NCBI GenBank assembly: GCA_964521165.1
Contig: CAZFRA010000001.1
Location: forward strand, 60,822 to 124,821
Length of the DNA: 64,000 nt
Origin: an uncultured Lachnospiraceae bacterium
GTDB lineage: Bacteria; Bacillota; Clostridia; Christensenellales; UBA1242
Direction of reading: 5' to 3'
The notes beneath the pieces were generated by a model. That model saw only the letters and a program-made list of their open reading frames with translations, had not been told where the DNA came from and searched no databases. Positions 47,262 to 56,677 of the stretch are shown here, piece by piece. Within the stretch, counting starts at the first letter, position 1; the number at the start of each line of letters is the position of its first letter. The translations under genes and the position numbers were made by a program.

Positions 47262-47501
47262 TCAATATTCACTTTCACATTCACAGTTGCCCAGTCCGAG
47301 TTCGAATGCCCATTCCACAATGCTAACAGTATGACGCGAAGTCATTCTCTCGACAAGTGCCGTTACCTTTGAAGGCTGACAATTTTGTCTCTTCCTTTTA
47401 AATGGTGAAATATACCAACAAATCGAATCTTTCACTTCGACTTTGGCGTGGTCATAAGTGAAATATTCCTTCAATTCGCCACCCGCTGTTGAGAGAATCA
47501 C
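47262..47501 (-). CDS. Small hypothetical protein, translationally coupled to glf
   Basis: 79 aa. Its GTG start overlaps the glf stop (GTGA). No motif recognised. Confidence 0.35.
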   Translation of the reverse strand: MILSTAGGELKEYFTYDHAKVEVKDSICWYISPFKRKRQNCQPSKVTALVERMTSRHTVSIVEWAFELGLGNCECESEY

Positions 47502-48604
47502 TTCGTACTTTCTTTTTCAATTAGTGCAAGTGCAGAAACAATCACCTTGTCCATATCGTAATATTTATACTCGCCCAAACGCCCGCCGAAAATGATATTT
47601 TTCTCGCGAGATGCAAGAGATAAATACTTTTGATATCGCTCGTTGTTTTTATCATTATTGATTGGATAATATGGTTCAATTCCCTTCTTCCATTCAATCG
47701 AATATTCTTTGGATATCACAGTTTTTGGTTGCTTACCAAACTCGAAATGTTTGTGTTCAATAATTCTCGTCCACGGAGTTTCACGGTCGGTATAGTTAAC
47801 AACGGCATTGCCTTGGAAATTGTCTGTATCTAAAATTTCATTTTCAAAATAGACGCTTCGATATTCCAATGCACCAAACTTGAAGTCGTAAAACTGGTCA
47901 ATTGCGCCGGTAAAAAGAATTTTCTTAAATTTATCTTTTGTGATTTTGATAAAATCAAAATAGTCGGTATTCAATCTCACTTCCACTTCCGCAAGCAATT
48001 TTTCAATTAAAACATTGTATCCGCCAATTGGAATTCCTTGATAGCGGTCGTTGAAATAGTTGTTATCAAAGATAAATCGTAGTGGTAGTCTTTTGATGAT
48101 AAAACTTGGCAAGTCCTTGCAATCTCTCCCCCACTGTTTTTCTGTGTAGCCCTTAACAAGTTTTTCATACACTGTTCTTCCCACAAGTTTAATGGCTTGC
48201 TCTTCCAAATTTTTCGGTTCTTGGATGTTTTCTTTTTTAATTTCGTCTTCAATTCTTTTTTTGGCATCTTGCGGCGTTATCACACCCGGAAATATGCGTG
48301 TAAAAGTGTTCATATTAAACGGCATATTATATAGTTCGTTTTTATAGTTTGCGATTGGTGAATTGATATAGTTGTTAAATTCCACAAATTGATTAACATA
48401 ATCCCAAACCTTTTTGTCGCTGGTGTGGAAAATATGTGCACCATATTTATGCACATTTATCCCTTCAATATTTTCGCAATAAATATTTCCACCAAGATGC
48501 GAGCGCTTCTCAATCACAAGACATTTTTTACCTTTTTTTGTCATTTCGTGGGCAAAAACCGCTCCGAAAAGACCGCTTCCAACAATTAAATAATCAAATT
48601 CCAC
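47498..48604 (-). CDS. glf: UDP-galactopyranose mutase
   Basis: 368 aa. GTG start with an AAGGAG SD. FAD fold DYLIVGSGLFGAVFA..IEKRSHLGGN and C-terminal GRLGEYKYYDMD. Confidence 0.9.
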   Translation of the reverse strand: MEFDYLIVGSGLFGAVFAHEMTKKGKKCLVIEKRSHLGGNIYCENIEGINVHKYGAHIFHTSDKKVWDYVNQFVEFNNYINSPIANYKNELYNMPFNMNTFTRIFPGVITPQDAKKRIEDEIKKENIQEPKNLEEQAIKLVGRTVYEKLVKGYTEKQWGRDCKDLPSFIIKRLPLRFIFDNNYFNDRYQGIPIGGYNVLIEKLLAEVEVRLNTDYFDFIKITKDKFKKILFTGAIDQFYDFKFGALEYRSVYFENEILDTDNFQGNAVVNYTDRETPWTRIIEHKHFEFGKQPKTVISKEYSIEWKKGIEPYYPINNDKNNERYQKYLSLASREKNIIFGGRLGEYKYYDMDKVIVSALALIEKESTK

Positions 48605-48613
48605 AATAACTCC

Positions 48614-49564
48614 TTAATATTTAAAAATTTTCATAAGTATGTAAGCAAGTCCACCAAACTTCCTAAATGAATGGAAATTCTTTTTGTTTTTCCTAAACTC
48701 TGGATATGTTTCTTTCAGAGTTTTGTTTATCTTTTCTTGCACTTCACTATCTTTATATTTGTTTATATGAATCAAATATCTCATTTCAATATTGACCAAA
48801 AACTGCCAAGCCTTTGCATAGGAAGCATACTTTTTATCTGTTTTTTCTGCAAAAGAAACAATTTCATCCATACCATATAAACAAGTGAGTTTTCTTTGTG
48901 ATAAATTTTTTGCTGAATTGCTGTTTGGATTAACAACATACATATACGATTTTGCCGGCAAGTAGAAAAAAGTTTTGCAACGAATAATATATTTAAAGAG
49001 AAAATTTAAGTCGTCAAAATAATAACAATTTTCGTCAAATCTTAATTCTTTTATGATTGATTTTTTAAATAGTTTGTTCCAAACAACACCGCCACCATAT
49101 TCAGGAAACGCAAACACACCCTTCACTAACTTATCTTTATCAACAAATTCCCCTCTCCACAATTTTATTCTTCCAAGTGGTTTTTCTTTGTATTTTTCTT
49201 TTGGTTTTGTTCTTAAAAAATTAACAATTCCCATATCAGCATTTTTTGTGGCATTAACTAAACATTCAATGTGATAAGAAAGCATACAATCGTCAGGGTC
49301 GATAAATGTCAACAATTCACCCTTTGCATTATCTATTCCCATATTTCTCGCTGTTGAGCAACCACCATTTTCTTTATTGAAAATTTTAATACGCTCATCT
49401 TTTTTCGCCAATTTTTGACATATTTCCCAACTTTTATCTTTTGAGCCATCGTTGATAATTAAAAGTTCAAAATTTTTATAAGTTTGATTTAATATGCTGT
49501 TAACACATTTTTCTAAATATTTTTCCGCATTATAAACCGGTAAAATTATTGAAACTAATTCCAT
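48614..49564 (-). CDS. Family 2 glycosyltransferase
   Basis: The track ORF extends to 49690 into the upstream gene. ATG at 49564 (MELVSIILPVYNAEKYLEKC) follows the upstream stop by 1 nt. DxD motif FIDPDD. Confidence 0.85.
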   Translation of the reverse strand: MELVSIILPVYNAEKYLEKCVNSILNQTYKNFELLIINDGSKDKSWEICQKLAKKDERIKIFNKENGGCSTARNMGIDNAKGELLTFIDPDDCMLSYHIECLVNATKNADMGIVNFLRTKPKEKYKEKPLGRIKLWRGEFVDKDKLVKGVFAFPEYGGGVVWNKLFKKSIIKELRFDENCYYFDDLNFLFKYIIRCKTFFYLPAKSYMYVVNPNSNSAKNLSQRKLTCLYGMDEIVSFAEKTDKKYASYAKAWQFLVNIEMRYLIHINKYKDSEVQEKINKTLKETYPEFRKNKKNFHSFRKFGGLAYILMKIFKY

Positions 49565-49565
49565 T

Positions 49566-50723
49566 TTATTCACCTTTTCCGTTATATAGTAAATCACCAA
49601 TATCTTTCGTGGCGTTTGGTCGACGCAATTTTTGAATATTTTCGAGCATATTTTTTGTTTTCTCTTCGTTTTGGAAGAATTCATCCACAACTTTATAAGT
49701 CTTGCTGCCTTTGGTTATATATTCACACGCGTTTCTCTCACGCAAGAATACCATATTATCGTACTCTTGGAAAGGCAATTTATTGTAAGCAATTATTGGT
49801 AGGTTCTTGTTAAATGCTTCTGCAATGGCAAGTCCACCAATTTTTCCAATCAACACATCCGAAGCAGACATAAGGACATCGACATTTGAGATAAAACCAT
49901 AGGCATATAAATCCTTCTTTATCTTTCCTTGCTCTTTCCACTTTTCAAGTTTTGTTTTAAGTTTGGTGTTGCGAGCACAAACGCAAACAATTTGAAAATC
50001 GGTTTTGCATTTGTTTAAGTTCAAAATTGTTTTGCCGATGTTTCCAAAGCCGATTGCACCACTCATTATCATAACAGTTTTCTTGTTTTCGTTGATACCG
50101 AGTTCGCGACAAGCTTCTTTTTTGTCGATATGTTTTGAGAATTTTGTTTGCGTTGGAATGCCATAACTTCGCCTTTTCGAAATATCAAACCCTTTTGCTA
50201 TCAAAACATCATCAAAGTCGTCAGTTGGTGTAATGACATAGTCCACCTTGGTCAAAAGTTCGGTGTATGGCGCAACATCAAAGTCGGACACCACCGTGAC
50301 AATTCTTGCTTTTAAGGCATTCTCGTTTCCTTCATTCCTTAAATCAGTCATTAAAATTCCCGCAAAGGTGTGCGCGCAAAAAACGGCGTCTGGCGCAAAA
50401 GTGTTCATCACTTCTTCGACATACTTTCTCGCCGGCGTGATAAAGGTTCGGCGCAATGTGTTGGCTTTTTTGTTAATATTTCGCCTTTTTAACCTTTCAA
50501 ACTGATGATTGGCAAGGGAAATGGCATATTTAACTAGCGTGAAATAGCCATCGTTTACCATCCAAGTTGCTTTTTTCTTCTTTTTGGTTTGTTCTCCATC
50601 TTTGAACAAGTCAACAATTTTAACTTCCGCATCCTTATATTCTTCTTGCACATATTTGGCAATTGCTTGACTCATTGAGTTGTGACCATTCCCCGCTGAA
50701 ACGGTTAAAATTAAAAGTTTCAT
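49566..50723 (-). CDS. Diacylglycerol glycosyltransferase (MGDG synthase/UgtP-like, GT28)
   Basis: The track starts at 50768. ATG at 50723 has SD aaagggggaaatATG. MKLLILTVSAGNGHNSMSQAIAKY resembles the UgtP N-terminus. Confidence 0.8.
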   Translation of the reverse strand: MKLLILTVSAGNGHNSMSQAIAKYVQEEYKDAEVKIVDLFKDGEQTKKKKKATWMVNDGYFTLVKYAISLANHQFERLKRRNINKKANTLRRTFITPARKYVEEVMNTFAPDAVFCAHTFAGILMTDLRNEGNENALKARIVTVVSDFDVAPYTELLTKVDYVITPTDDFDDVLIAKGFDISKRRSYGIPTQTKFSKHIDKKEACRELGINENKKTVMIMSGAIGFGNIGKTILNLNKCKTDFQIVCVCARNTKLKTKLEKWKEQGKIKKDLYAYGFISNVDVLMSASDVLIGKIGGLAIAEAFNKNLPIIAYNKLPFQEYDNMVFLRERNACEYITKGSKTYKVVDEFFQNEEKTKNMLENIQKLRRPNATKDIGDLLYNGKGE

Positions 50724-50793
50724 ATTTCCCCCTTTTTGAATTATATAAAATAATACAAATAAAGTCAAAGATTCTTTCGAACTTCAAAAAAAT

Positions 50794-53451
50794 TTATTCA
50801 CTTCTCAACGCTTCAACTGGGTCTTTCTTTGCCGCCAAACTTGCTGGAATAAGCCCCGAAATCAAAGTAAGAACAATACTGATAATAATCATTATAACCG
50901 CCGACAAAATTGGCAAGGACGCAATTGTGTATATACCAACCAAATTGCCAACGATAAGGTTGATGACACCAGATAAAATGTAAGTTATCACAACACCGAA
51001 CAAGCCCGATATTCCACCGATAATAAAGGTTTCGGCGATAAATAGACTCGAAATATCCTTCTTTCTGCCACCAAGCGAGAGAATGACACCAATTTCTTTC
51101 ACTCTTTCCATAACCGAAACATAGGTGATTATGGCAATCATCACAGTGGAAACAACGAGTGATAATGCCGAAAAGGCAACCAGCGCGATTGTGACAATTT
51201 CAATCATTCCGTTAATTATGCTGATAACGAGCGCTAAAGTGTCGGTGTATTGCACTTCGCTACGCTCTTCGGCGGTGATAATTTTACCATTAACCACAAT
51301 ATCTTCGTTAGAATTCCAAACATCGAGATATGCTGTCACCATATCTTTATAGTTAAAGTCGGTCGGATAAATGGCAATTTCATTTGGAAGTTCAATGCCG
51401 CCAAGTTCGCGAAGAGATATCGAGCAAATCGACACTGAATCTTCTCCCGTTATTGAGCTTAAAATTGAACTTGATGAACTACCGACGAGTCCTGTGCCAG
51501 AATATTCTTGACTGTTTAACGAGTAGGTATAGGAATAAGTTATGCCAGTATAAATACCACCATTTGCCACACTTTGAATACTCTCCTTATTATTTTCATT
51601 CATATATTGCACAATTTCTGATTCAATATTTGCCGCAATTATCTGTTTTGCCAGTGCCGAAGTGTAATAAATTCCACTGTCAAGCGCACCATAAGAAAGG
51701 TCTTCTTTCGGTTTTAAAACGGCAGTGATTTTGAGTTCAATTCCAGTATCCCAACTATCGTTGGCATATGCAGAATATGTGAAAGGATTGTTAGAAACAT
51801 ATTCATCACCAACCATGTTTGCTGTGAACACCGTGTCATTTGGATACCAAACAAATGTTTTTCCTAAAAGTTCATCATAACTAAATTGGTTTTTATCAAG
51901 CGATTCATCATAATTATCAATGTCGCCAGTTGCTTTATAGACAATATTCAAAAATTCTTCTTGTGAATAATAGCCAAGTTGCGCAAGCAAAAGGTCACTA
52001 AGTTCGCCGTCATCGCTTAAAACAATCATAATTTCACCTGCTTCGGTGGCAATTTTGCTGGTCGATGCATCGGAAACAATGTCGTATTGTGACAAAATAA
52101 ATTCTTCGCTGTCTGGTGCCTGCATAAACGATTCGGTGAAATAGGAAATGTATTGTGCATAATTTGAAAACTCCGTCTTTGCGAGCATTGCCGAGTAAAT
52201 TTCAATGGCCGCTGAGAGTGAGATGCTTTTCCCTTCTTGCCCTTCAAACTGGAAGTCGGTGTATAAATTGTTGGACAAGTCTAGGTTATAGTAAGTGATA
52301 ATTTCGGAATAGTATTCTTCAGGCATTGCGAGCACATAGTTGACATAATCTTCCGTGATGTCGTTTTGTAATACAAAACTTTCTATCCCTAGCCCCATTG
52401 AAACCAAAGAATCCACGATATAGTCCACATTGACATAACCGTCTTCCGTCGCGTTTTCTAATATCTCTTGTTGAGTGGAAGTGCTAAACGAAGAAACGAG
52501 TGCGTTTAAATCGTAGGTTTCTTCACTGATGACAATTGGATTTCCTGAAAGCATATCGTTTTGCATCGATTGGATGTAACCCGAAACGCCGCTGGAAATT
52601 GCTAAAACTGTCGCCACACCGATAATACCTATTGAACCTGCAAGACAAACCATAAATGTACGTTTGAATTTGGAATATAAATTTTTTGCCGAAAGTTTAA
52701 ACGCCGTCCAAAAAGAGAGTTTGGATTTTTTGTCTATCTTTTTCTTACTCTTCTTTTTTGTTTTTTCGGCTTTGATATATGGATTGCTGTCCGACACCAC
52801 TTCGCCATCCAAAAGTTTGATAATGCGAGTGGAATATTTTTCAGCGAGATCCGGATTGTGTGTGACCATAACAACCAAACACTCTTGCGCAATCTCTTTG
52901 ATTAAGTCCATAATCTGCACGCTTGTTTCGCTATCAAGTGCACCTGTTGGCTCATCAGCAAGCAAAATCTCAGGATTGTTAACCAACGCCCGCGCAATTG
53001 CTACCCTTTGACATTGCCCACCAGAAAGTTGGTTTGGCTTTTTGTTGTATTGGTCTTTCAGCCCCACTTTATCAAGCGCTTGCTTTGCTCTTTTTACGCG
53101 CTCATCCTTTTTTACACCAGAAATGGTTAAAGCAAGTTCCACATTTTCAAGTATTGTTTGGTGCGGAATCAAATTATAACTTTGAAAAACGAAACCAACT
53201 CTATGATTGCGATAAGTATCCCAATCTCTATCGTTATAATTTTTCGTGCTGATGTTATCAATGAGTAAATCACCTGAGGTGGTGTGATCAAGTCCACCAA
53301 TGATGTTTAAAAGCGTGGTTTTGCCACATCCAGAAGGTCCAAGAATGGAAACAAACTCACTTTCGCGGAATTTAAGCGACACATTTTTTAATGCGTGAAC
53401 TTTTCCATCTCCGACAACATAATCTTTAACAATATCTTTTAACTCTAACAT
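50794..53451 (-). CDS. Fused ABC ATPase-permease (MacB/FtsX type) with a large extracytoplasmic domain
   Basis: The track starts at 53475. ATG at 53451 has a GGGAGA SD. Motifs GPSGCGKTT, LSGGQCQRVAIARAL and LLADEPTGALD. C-terminal FtsX-like 4-TM region with an insert of about 440 aa after TM1. Confidence 0.85.
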   Translation of the reverse strand: MLELKDIVKDYVVGDGKVHALKNVSLKFRESEFVSILGPSGCGKTTLLNIIGGLDHTTSGDLLIDNISTKNYNDRDWDTYRNHRVGFVFQSYNLIPHQTILENVELALTISGVKKDERVKRAKQALDKVGLKDQYNKKPNQLSGGQCQRVAIARALVNNPEILLADEPTGALDSETSVQIMDLIKEIAQECLVVMVTHNPDLAEKYSTRIIKLLDGEVVSDSNPYIKAEKTKKKSKKKIDKKSKLSFWTAFKLSAKNLYSKFKRTFMVCLAGSIGIIGVATVLAISSGVSGYIQSMQNDMLSGNPIVISEETYDLNALVSSFSTSTQQEILENATEDGYVNVDYIVDSLVSMGLGIESFVLQNDITEDYVNYVLAMPEEYYSEIITYYNLDLSNNLYTDFQFEGQEGKSISLSAAIEIYSAMLAKTEFSNYAQYISYFTESFMQAPDSEEFILSQYDIVSDASTSKIATEAGEIMIVLSDDGELSDLLLAQLGYYSQEEFLNIVYKATGDIDNYDESLDKNQFSYDELLGKTFVWYPNDTVFTANMVGDEYVSNNPFTYSAYANDSWDTGIELKITAVLKPKEDLSYGALDSGIYYTSALAKQIIAANIESEIVQYMNENNKESIQSVANGGIYTGITYSYTYSLNSQEYSGTGLVGSSSSSILSSITGEDSVSICSISLRELGGIELPNEIAIYPTDFNYKDMVTAYLDVWNSNEDIVVNGKIITAEERSEVQYTDTLALVISIINGMIEIVTIALVAFSALSLVVSTVMIAIITYVSVMERVKEIGVILSLGGRKKDISSLFIAETFIIGGISGLFGVVITYILSGVINLIVGNLVGIYTIASLPILSAVIMIIISIVLTLISGLIPASLAAKKDPVEALRSE

Positions 53452-53520
53452 ATTTTTCTCCCAATATTTTAACATAAATTATGTCTAAAACTTTAACTTT
53501 TTATGTCTAAATTTGTCTTT

Positions 53521-53937
53521 TTAAACTTTTTGTGCTTGCGCCAATACAATCTTTTTTGTTATGTTATAAAGAGTCTCAACTTCGCTGTTGTCTAAAATTG
53601 AAATGAATGAGTTTATCATATTAATAATTATCTCTTTCCTTTTCTCTAATGCATGTTTACCATTTTCTGTGATTTTCACAATGGTCTTTCGTGCATCTTG
53701 TGAAAATTTGGTTTTTTCGATATATCCTTTGCGCTGTAAGGTGTTGAGAACAACCGCTGTTCTTGCCGTTGTTATTCCAAGAGCGTCTGAAATATCTCCC
53801 GCAAGCACCCCTTCTGATTTTTGCAAAAATCTCAAAACCACAAACATTCCCGCAAACCCATCTTGAAAAAGTTTATAAGGCTGTTTCAGGTCGCAACAAA
53901 TTAATTCGTTACATAAATCTTCTGCCGTTCTTTTCAT
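53521..53937 (-). CDS. MarR-family transcriptional regulator
   Basis: 138 aa with a winged-HTH segment: GDISDALGITTARTAVVLNTLQRKGYIEKTKFSQDARK. Confidence 0.8.
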   Translation of the reverse strand: MKRTAEDLCNELICCDLKQPYKLFQDGFAGMFVVLRFLQKSEGVLAGDISDALGITTARTAVVLNTLQRKGYIEKTKFSQDARKTIVKITENGKHALEKRKEIIINMINSFISILDNSEVETLYNITKKIVLAQAQKV

Positions 53938-54135
53938 TTTTCCACTCCAATTTTAAAATTATCTAACACTATTAGATAATATACTTTTTTCAATTATTTG
54001 TCAACCAAAATAATGAGAAAAATAGTATTATAAAGAGAAATTTTTTACTGCGCTTTAAGATACAAATATTTTTTGCTAAATCATTTTGAAAAGGAGTGGT
54101 TTTGGTTTATAATATAATAGTTAAAAGGGGGAAGT

Positions 54136-54690
54136 ATGAAAAAAAGTGTAAAAACCACAGAAGCAATCTTTCCTATGCCAGTGCTGATGATTGCAACCTA
54201 TAATGATGACGAAACAGTGGATGTTATGAACGCCGCTTGGGGAACAATGCTTGACAGAACACACCTGATTTTAAACCTATCCTTATCACACAAAACGGTT
54301 AAAAACATCAAAAAGAGAAAGGCTTTCACTGTCAGTATTGCCGATGCCAAACACGTTGCGGAAGCAGACTACTTCGGCATTGATTCTGCCAACACCACAA
54401 AAGACAAATTTGAAAGAACCGGACTTTCTGTCACAAAATCCAAAAATGTGGATGCGCCAATTGTCAACGAATTTCCAATCGCGATTGAGTGCGAATTTGT
54501 GGAAGTAAACGATGTCGGCGTAATTGGAAAAGTTGTCAATGTTTCAGCAGAAGAGAATGTTCTCAATGGCGATAAAATTGATATGACAAAAGTAAACGCC
54601 ATTGCCTTTGACCCGTACACACACGGCTATTACGAAGTTTCCAAAAGAGTTGGTGATGCGTGGGGGTCTGGCTTAAAATTTAAAAAATAG
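54136..54690 (+). CDS. Flavin reductase-like (FMN-binding split-barrel) protein
   Basis: 184 aa with an AAGGGGGAAG SD. MPVLMIATYNDDETVDVMNAAWG is typical of the family. Confidence 0.75.
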   Translation: MKKSVKTTEAIFPMPVLMIATYNDDETVDVMNAAWGTMLDRTHLILNLSLSHKTVKNIKKRKAFTVSIADAKHVAEADYFGIDSANTTKDKFERTGLSVTKSKNVDAPIVNEFPIAIECEFVEVNDVGVIGKVVNVSAEENVLNGDKIDMTKVNAIAFDPYTHGYYEVSKRVGDAWGSGLKFKK

Positions 54691-54704
54691 AATATGTGTT
54701 TGTT

Positions 54705-54735
54705 AAAAAACTCTACCAGGTTGGCAGAGTTTTTT
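54705..54735. terminator. Terminator after the flavin reductase gene
   Basis: AAAACTCTACCA-ggt-TGGCAGAGTTTT (one mismatch) followed by T's. Confidence 0.7.
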
Positions 54736-54955
54736 AATTTATAATTTAATTCTTTATAAATCGTTTTACAAATCTTAATTATCTTCTTGATGTCATAGTT
54801 ATTTTCAAGATATCTCTTTTCTTTTATCTTTGGCGAGATGTTATACATACATAAAGAAATTAAAAGAAGCGTAGCAGAAGTTATGTCGCTTAACATATTG
54901 ACATAACCGCGTATCGTGAAGTCATATCCACACCAAAGTACATAGTTTGTTAAAG

Positions 54956-54999
54956 GTCGATAATCATTCCTATTCCAGTCGATAATCATTCCTATTCCA
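54956..54999. repeat. Perfect 22-bp tandem duplication
   Basis: GTCGATAATCATTCCTATTCCA at 54956-54977 and again at 54978-54999. Confidence 0.95.
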
Positions 55000-55267
55000 A
55001 CTGAAATTTGCAATAAGATATACATAACTTTATTATAGTTATTTAATCTTATTGAAGCAAATAATTATTAAAAAAACATTCTCCTTTGTCCGATCAAATT
55101 TTTTTGTTATGAACAACAAAAGGACTCTGGCATTAAGTAAAATCCCTGCAAGGAATCCATTTTGACATAGGTCAAACTGTGACTGTCGTTATTACCAAAC
55201 ATTTCAAAACTAAAAACTTTACTGACATATTTTTGGGAAACTTTTTTAATAAATCAAAAATTACACC

Positions 55268-56677
55268 TTATTTCAACAATTCTTTGACATATTCTTCTGC
55301 TTTGGATGCGTTTGCTTTCCCGCGAGTTTCCTTCATCACTTGCCCGATAAACCAACGGAAAACCTTTTCAGGTGTTGGTGAAGTTTTATAATCATCCACC
55401 GCTTTTGGATTGTTTTTGATGATATTTTCCACAATTGTTTTTAACTCATCATCTTCAACATTTCCACCAAAATCTTTAACCAAATTTTCAATTTTTTCGC
55501 CATTCTCCCAAATACGTGTAAGCATTTCTTTGGCGTTTGTTCGTGTCACTGTCTTTTTCTCAACAAGTTTGATGAGTTCAGCAAGTTCTTTTGGTGAAAT
55601 CTTAATTTCTCCGTCTTCGTCCTTAACCTTGTTCAAGACTTCGGTCAAAATCCAATTTGACACTTCTTTTGGATTGTTGATATTTTTTATGGTTTCGTTG
55701 AAATAGTCCGAAAGTTCTTTTTCTTTGGTTAAAATGTCGCTTTCGTATTCGCTTAAACCATACTCACCGATATATCTTTCCTTCAATTCTTCCGGCATTG
55801 GTGGCAGAGTTTTTCTTATCTCTTCGACATTTTCTTTGGAAATTTCCACGGCTAACATATCTGGGTCTGGAAAATATCGATAGTCCGAAGATGTTTCCTT
55901 TTTACGCATTGAAACGCTTTTGCCGTGATTGTCGTCCCACTTTCGTGTTTCTTGAACAATCTTTCCGCCGTTTTCCAACACTTCAATTTGTCGCTTGGAC
56001 TCATATTGAATAGCACGATAAACACTTTTGAAAGAGTTGAGATTTTTCATCTCTGTTCTCTCGCCAAATACATTTGAGCCTTTTTTCTTAACAGATATAT
56101 TCACGTCACAACGCATTCCACCCTGTTCCATTTTACATTCAGCAACGCCGGCAAAAATAAGGCGTTGGCGAAGTTTGGTCAAAAATTCAACTGCTTCATC
56201 CGCGCTGGAAATATCTGGTTCGGTTACGAGTTCCATAAGTGGCACACCGCCGCGGTTATAGTCAATCAATGTCCCGATTGCTGCGGTGCTATGCACAAGT
56301 TTTCCGGCATCTTCTTCAAGGTGAATACGGTTGAGTCTAACCTTTTTATTTTTAAGTTCGATATGACCACCAATGCAAATTGGTCTAACAAGTTGGCTGA
56401 TTTGGTAAGCTTTTGCAAGGTCGGGATAAAAATAATTCTTTCTTTCAAAAACAGCAAGATTATTTATTTCACAATCCATTGTCAAACCTGCTTTAATAAC
56501 AAGTTGGACTGCTTTTTTGTTTAAAACCGGCAGAGCACCCGGAAGTCCGACACAAACAGGACAACAATTCGTGTTCGGTGCTTGTCCAAATTGGTTTTTG
56601 CAAGAGCAAAAAACCTTGGCGTTTGTTTTAAGTTCACTGTGGACTTCAAGTCCAATCACAACATCATACTCTTGCAT
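55268..56677 (-). CDS. gatB: Asp/Glu-tRNA amidotransferase subunit B
   Basis: The track starts at 56713. ATG at 56677 (MQEYDVVIGLEVHSEL) has an AAGGAGAGG SD and overlaps the gatA end by 14 nt. Confidence 0.9.
   Translation of the reverse strand: MQEYDVVIGLEVHSELKTNAKVFCSCKNQFGQAPNTNCCPVCVGLPGALPVLNKKAVQLVIKAGLTMDCEINNLAVFERKNYFYPDLAKAYQISQLVRPICIGGHIELKNKKVRLNRIHLEEDAGKLVHSTAAIGTLIDYNRGGVPLMELVTEPDISSADEAVEFLTKLRQRLIFAGVAECKMEQGGMRCDVNISVKKKGSNVFGERTEMKNLNSFKSVYRAIQYESKRQIEVLENGGKIVQETRKWDDNHGKSVSMRKKETSSDYRYFPDPDMLAVEISKENVEEIRKTLPPMPEELKERYIGEYGLSEYESDILTKEKELSDYFNETIKNINNPKEVSNWILTEVLNKVKDEDGEIKISPKELAELIKLVEKKTVTRTNAKEMLTRIWENGEKIENLVKDFGGNVEDDELKTIVENIIKNNPKAVDDYKTSPTPEKVFRWFIGQVMKETRGKANASKAEEYVKELLK

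Noticed and set aside
54630-55025. 131-aa minus-strand ORF as a genuine gene
   Set aside because: It has no SD. It passes through a terminator hairpin and overlaps the 3' end of the flavin reductase gene by 60 nt. It exists only because of the 22-bp duplication, so I report it as a repeat observation rather than as a CDS.
55026-55267. Possible small RNA between the 22-bp repeat region and the gatB 3' end (short hairpins such as TTTGAC-atag-GTCAAA)
   Set aside because: The stems are only 5-6 bp. There is no promoter/terminator pair and no resemblance to known RNA families that I can recognise by eye.
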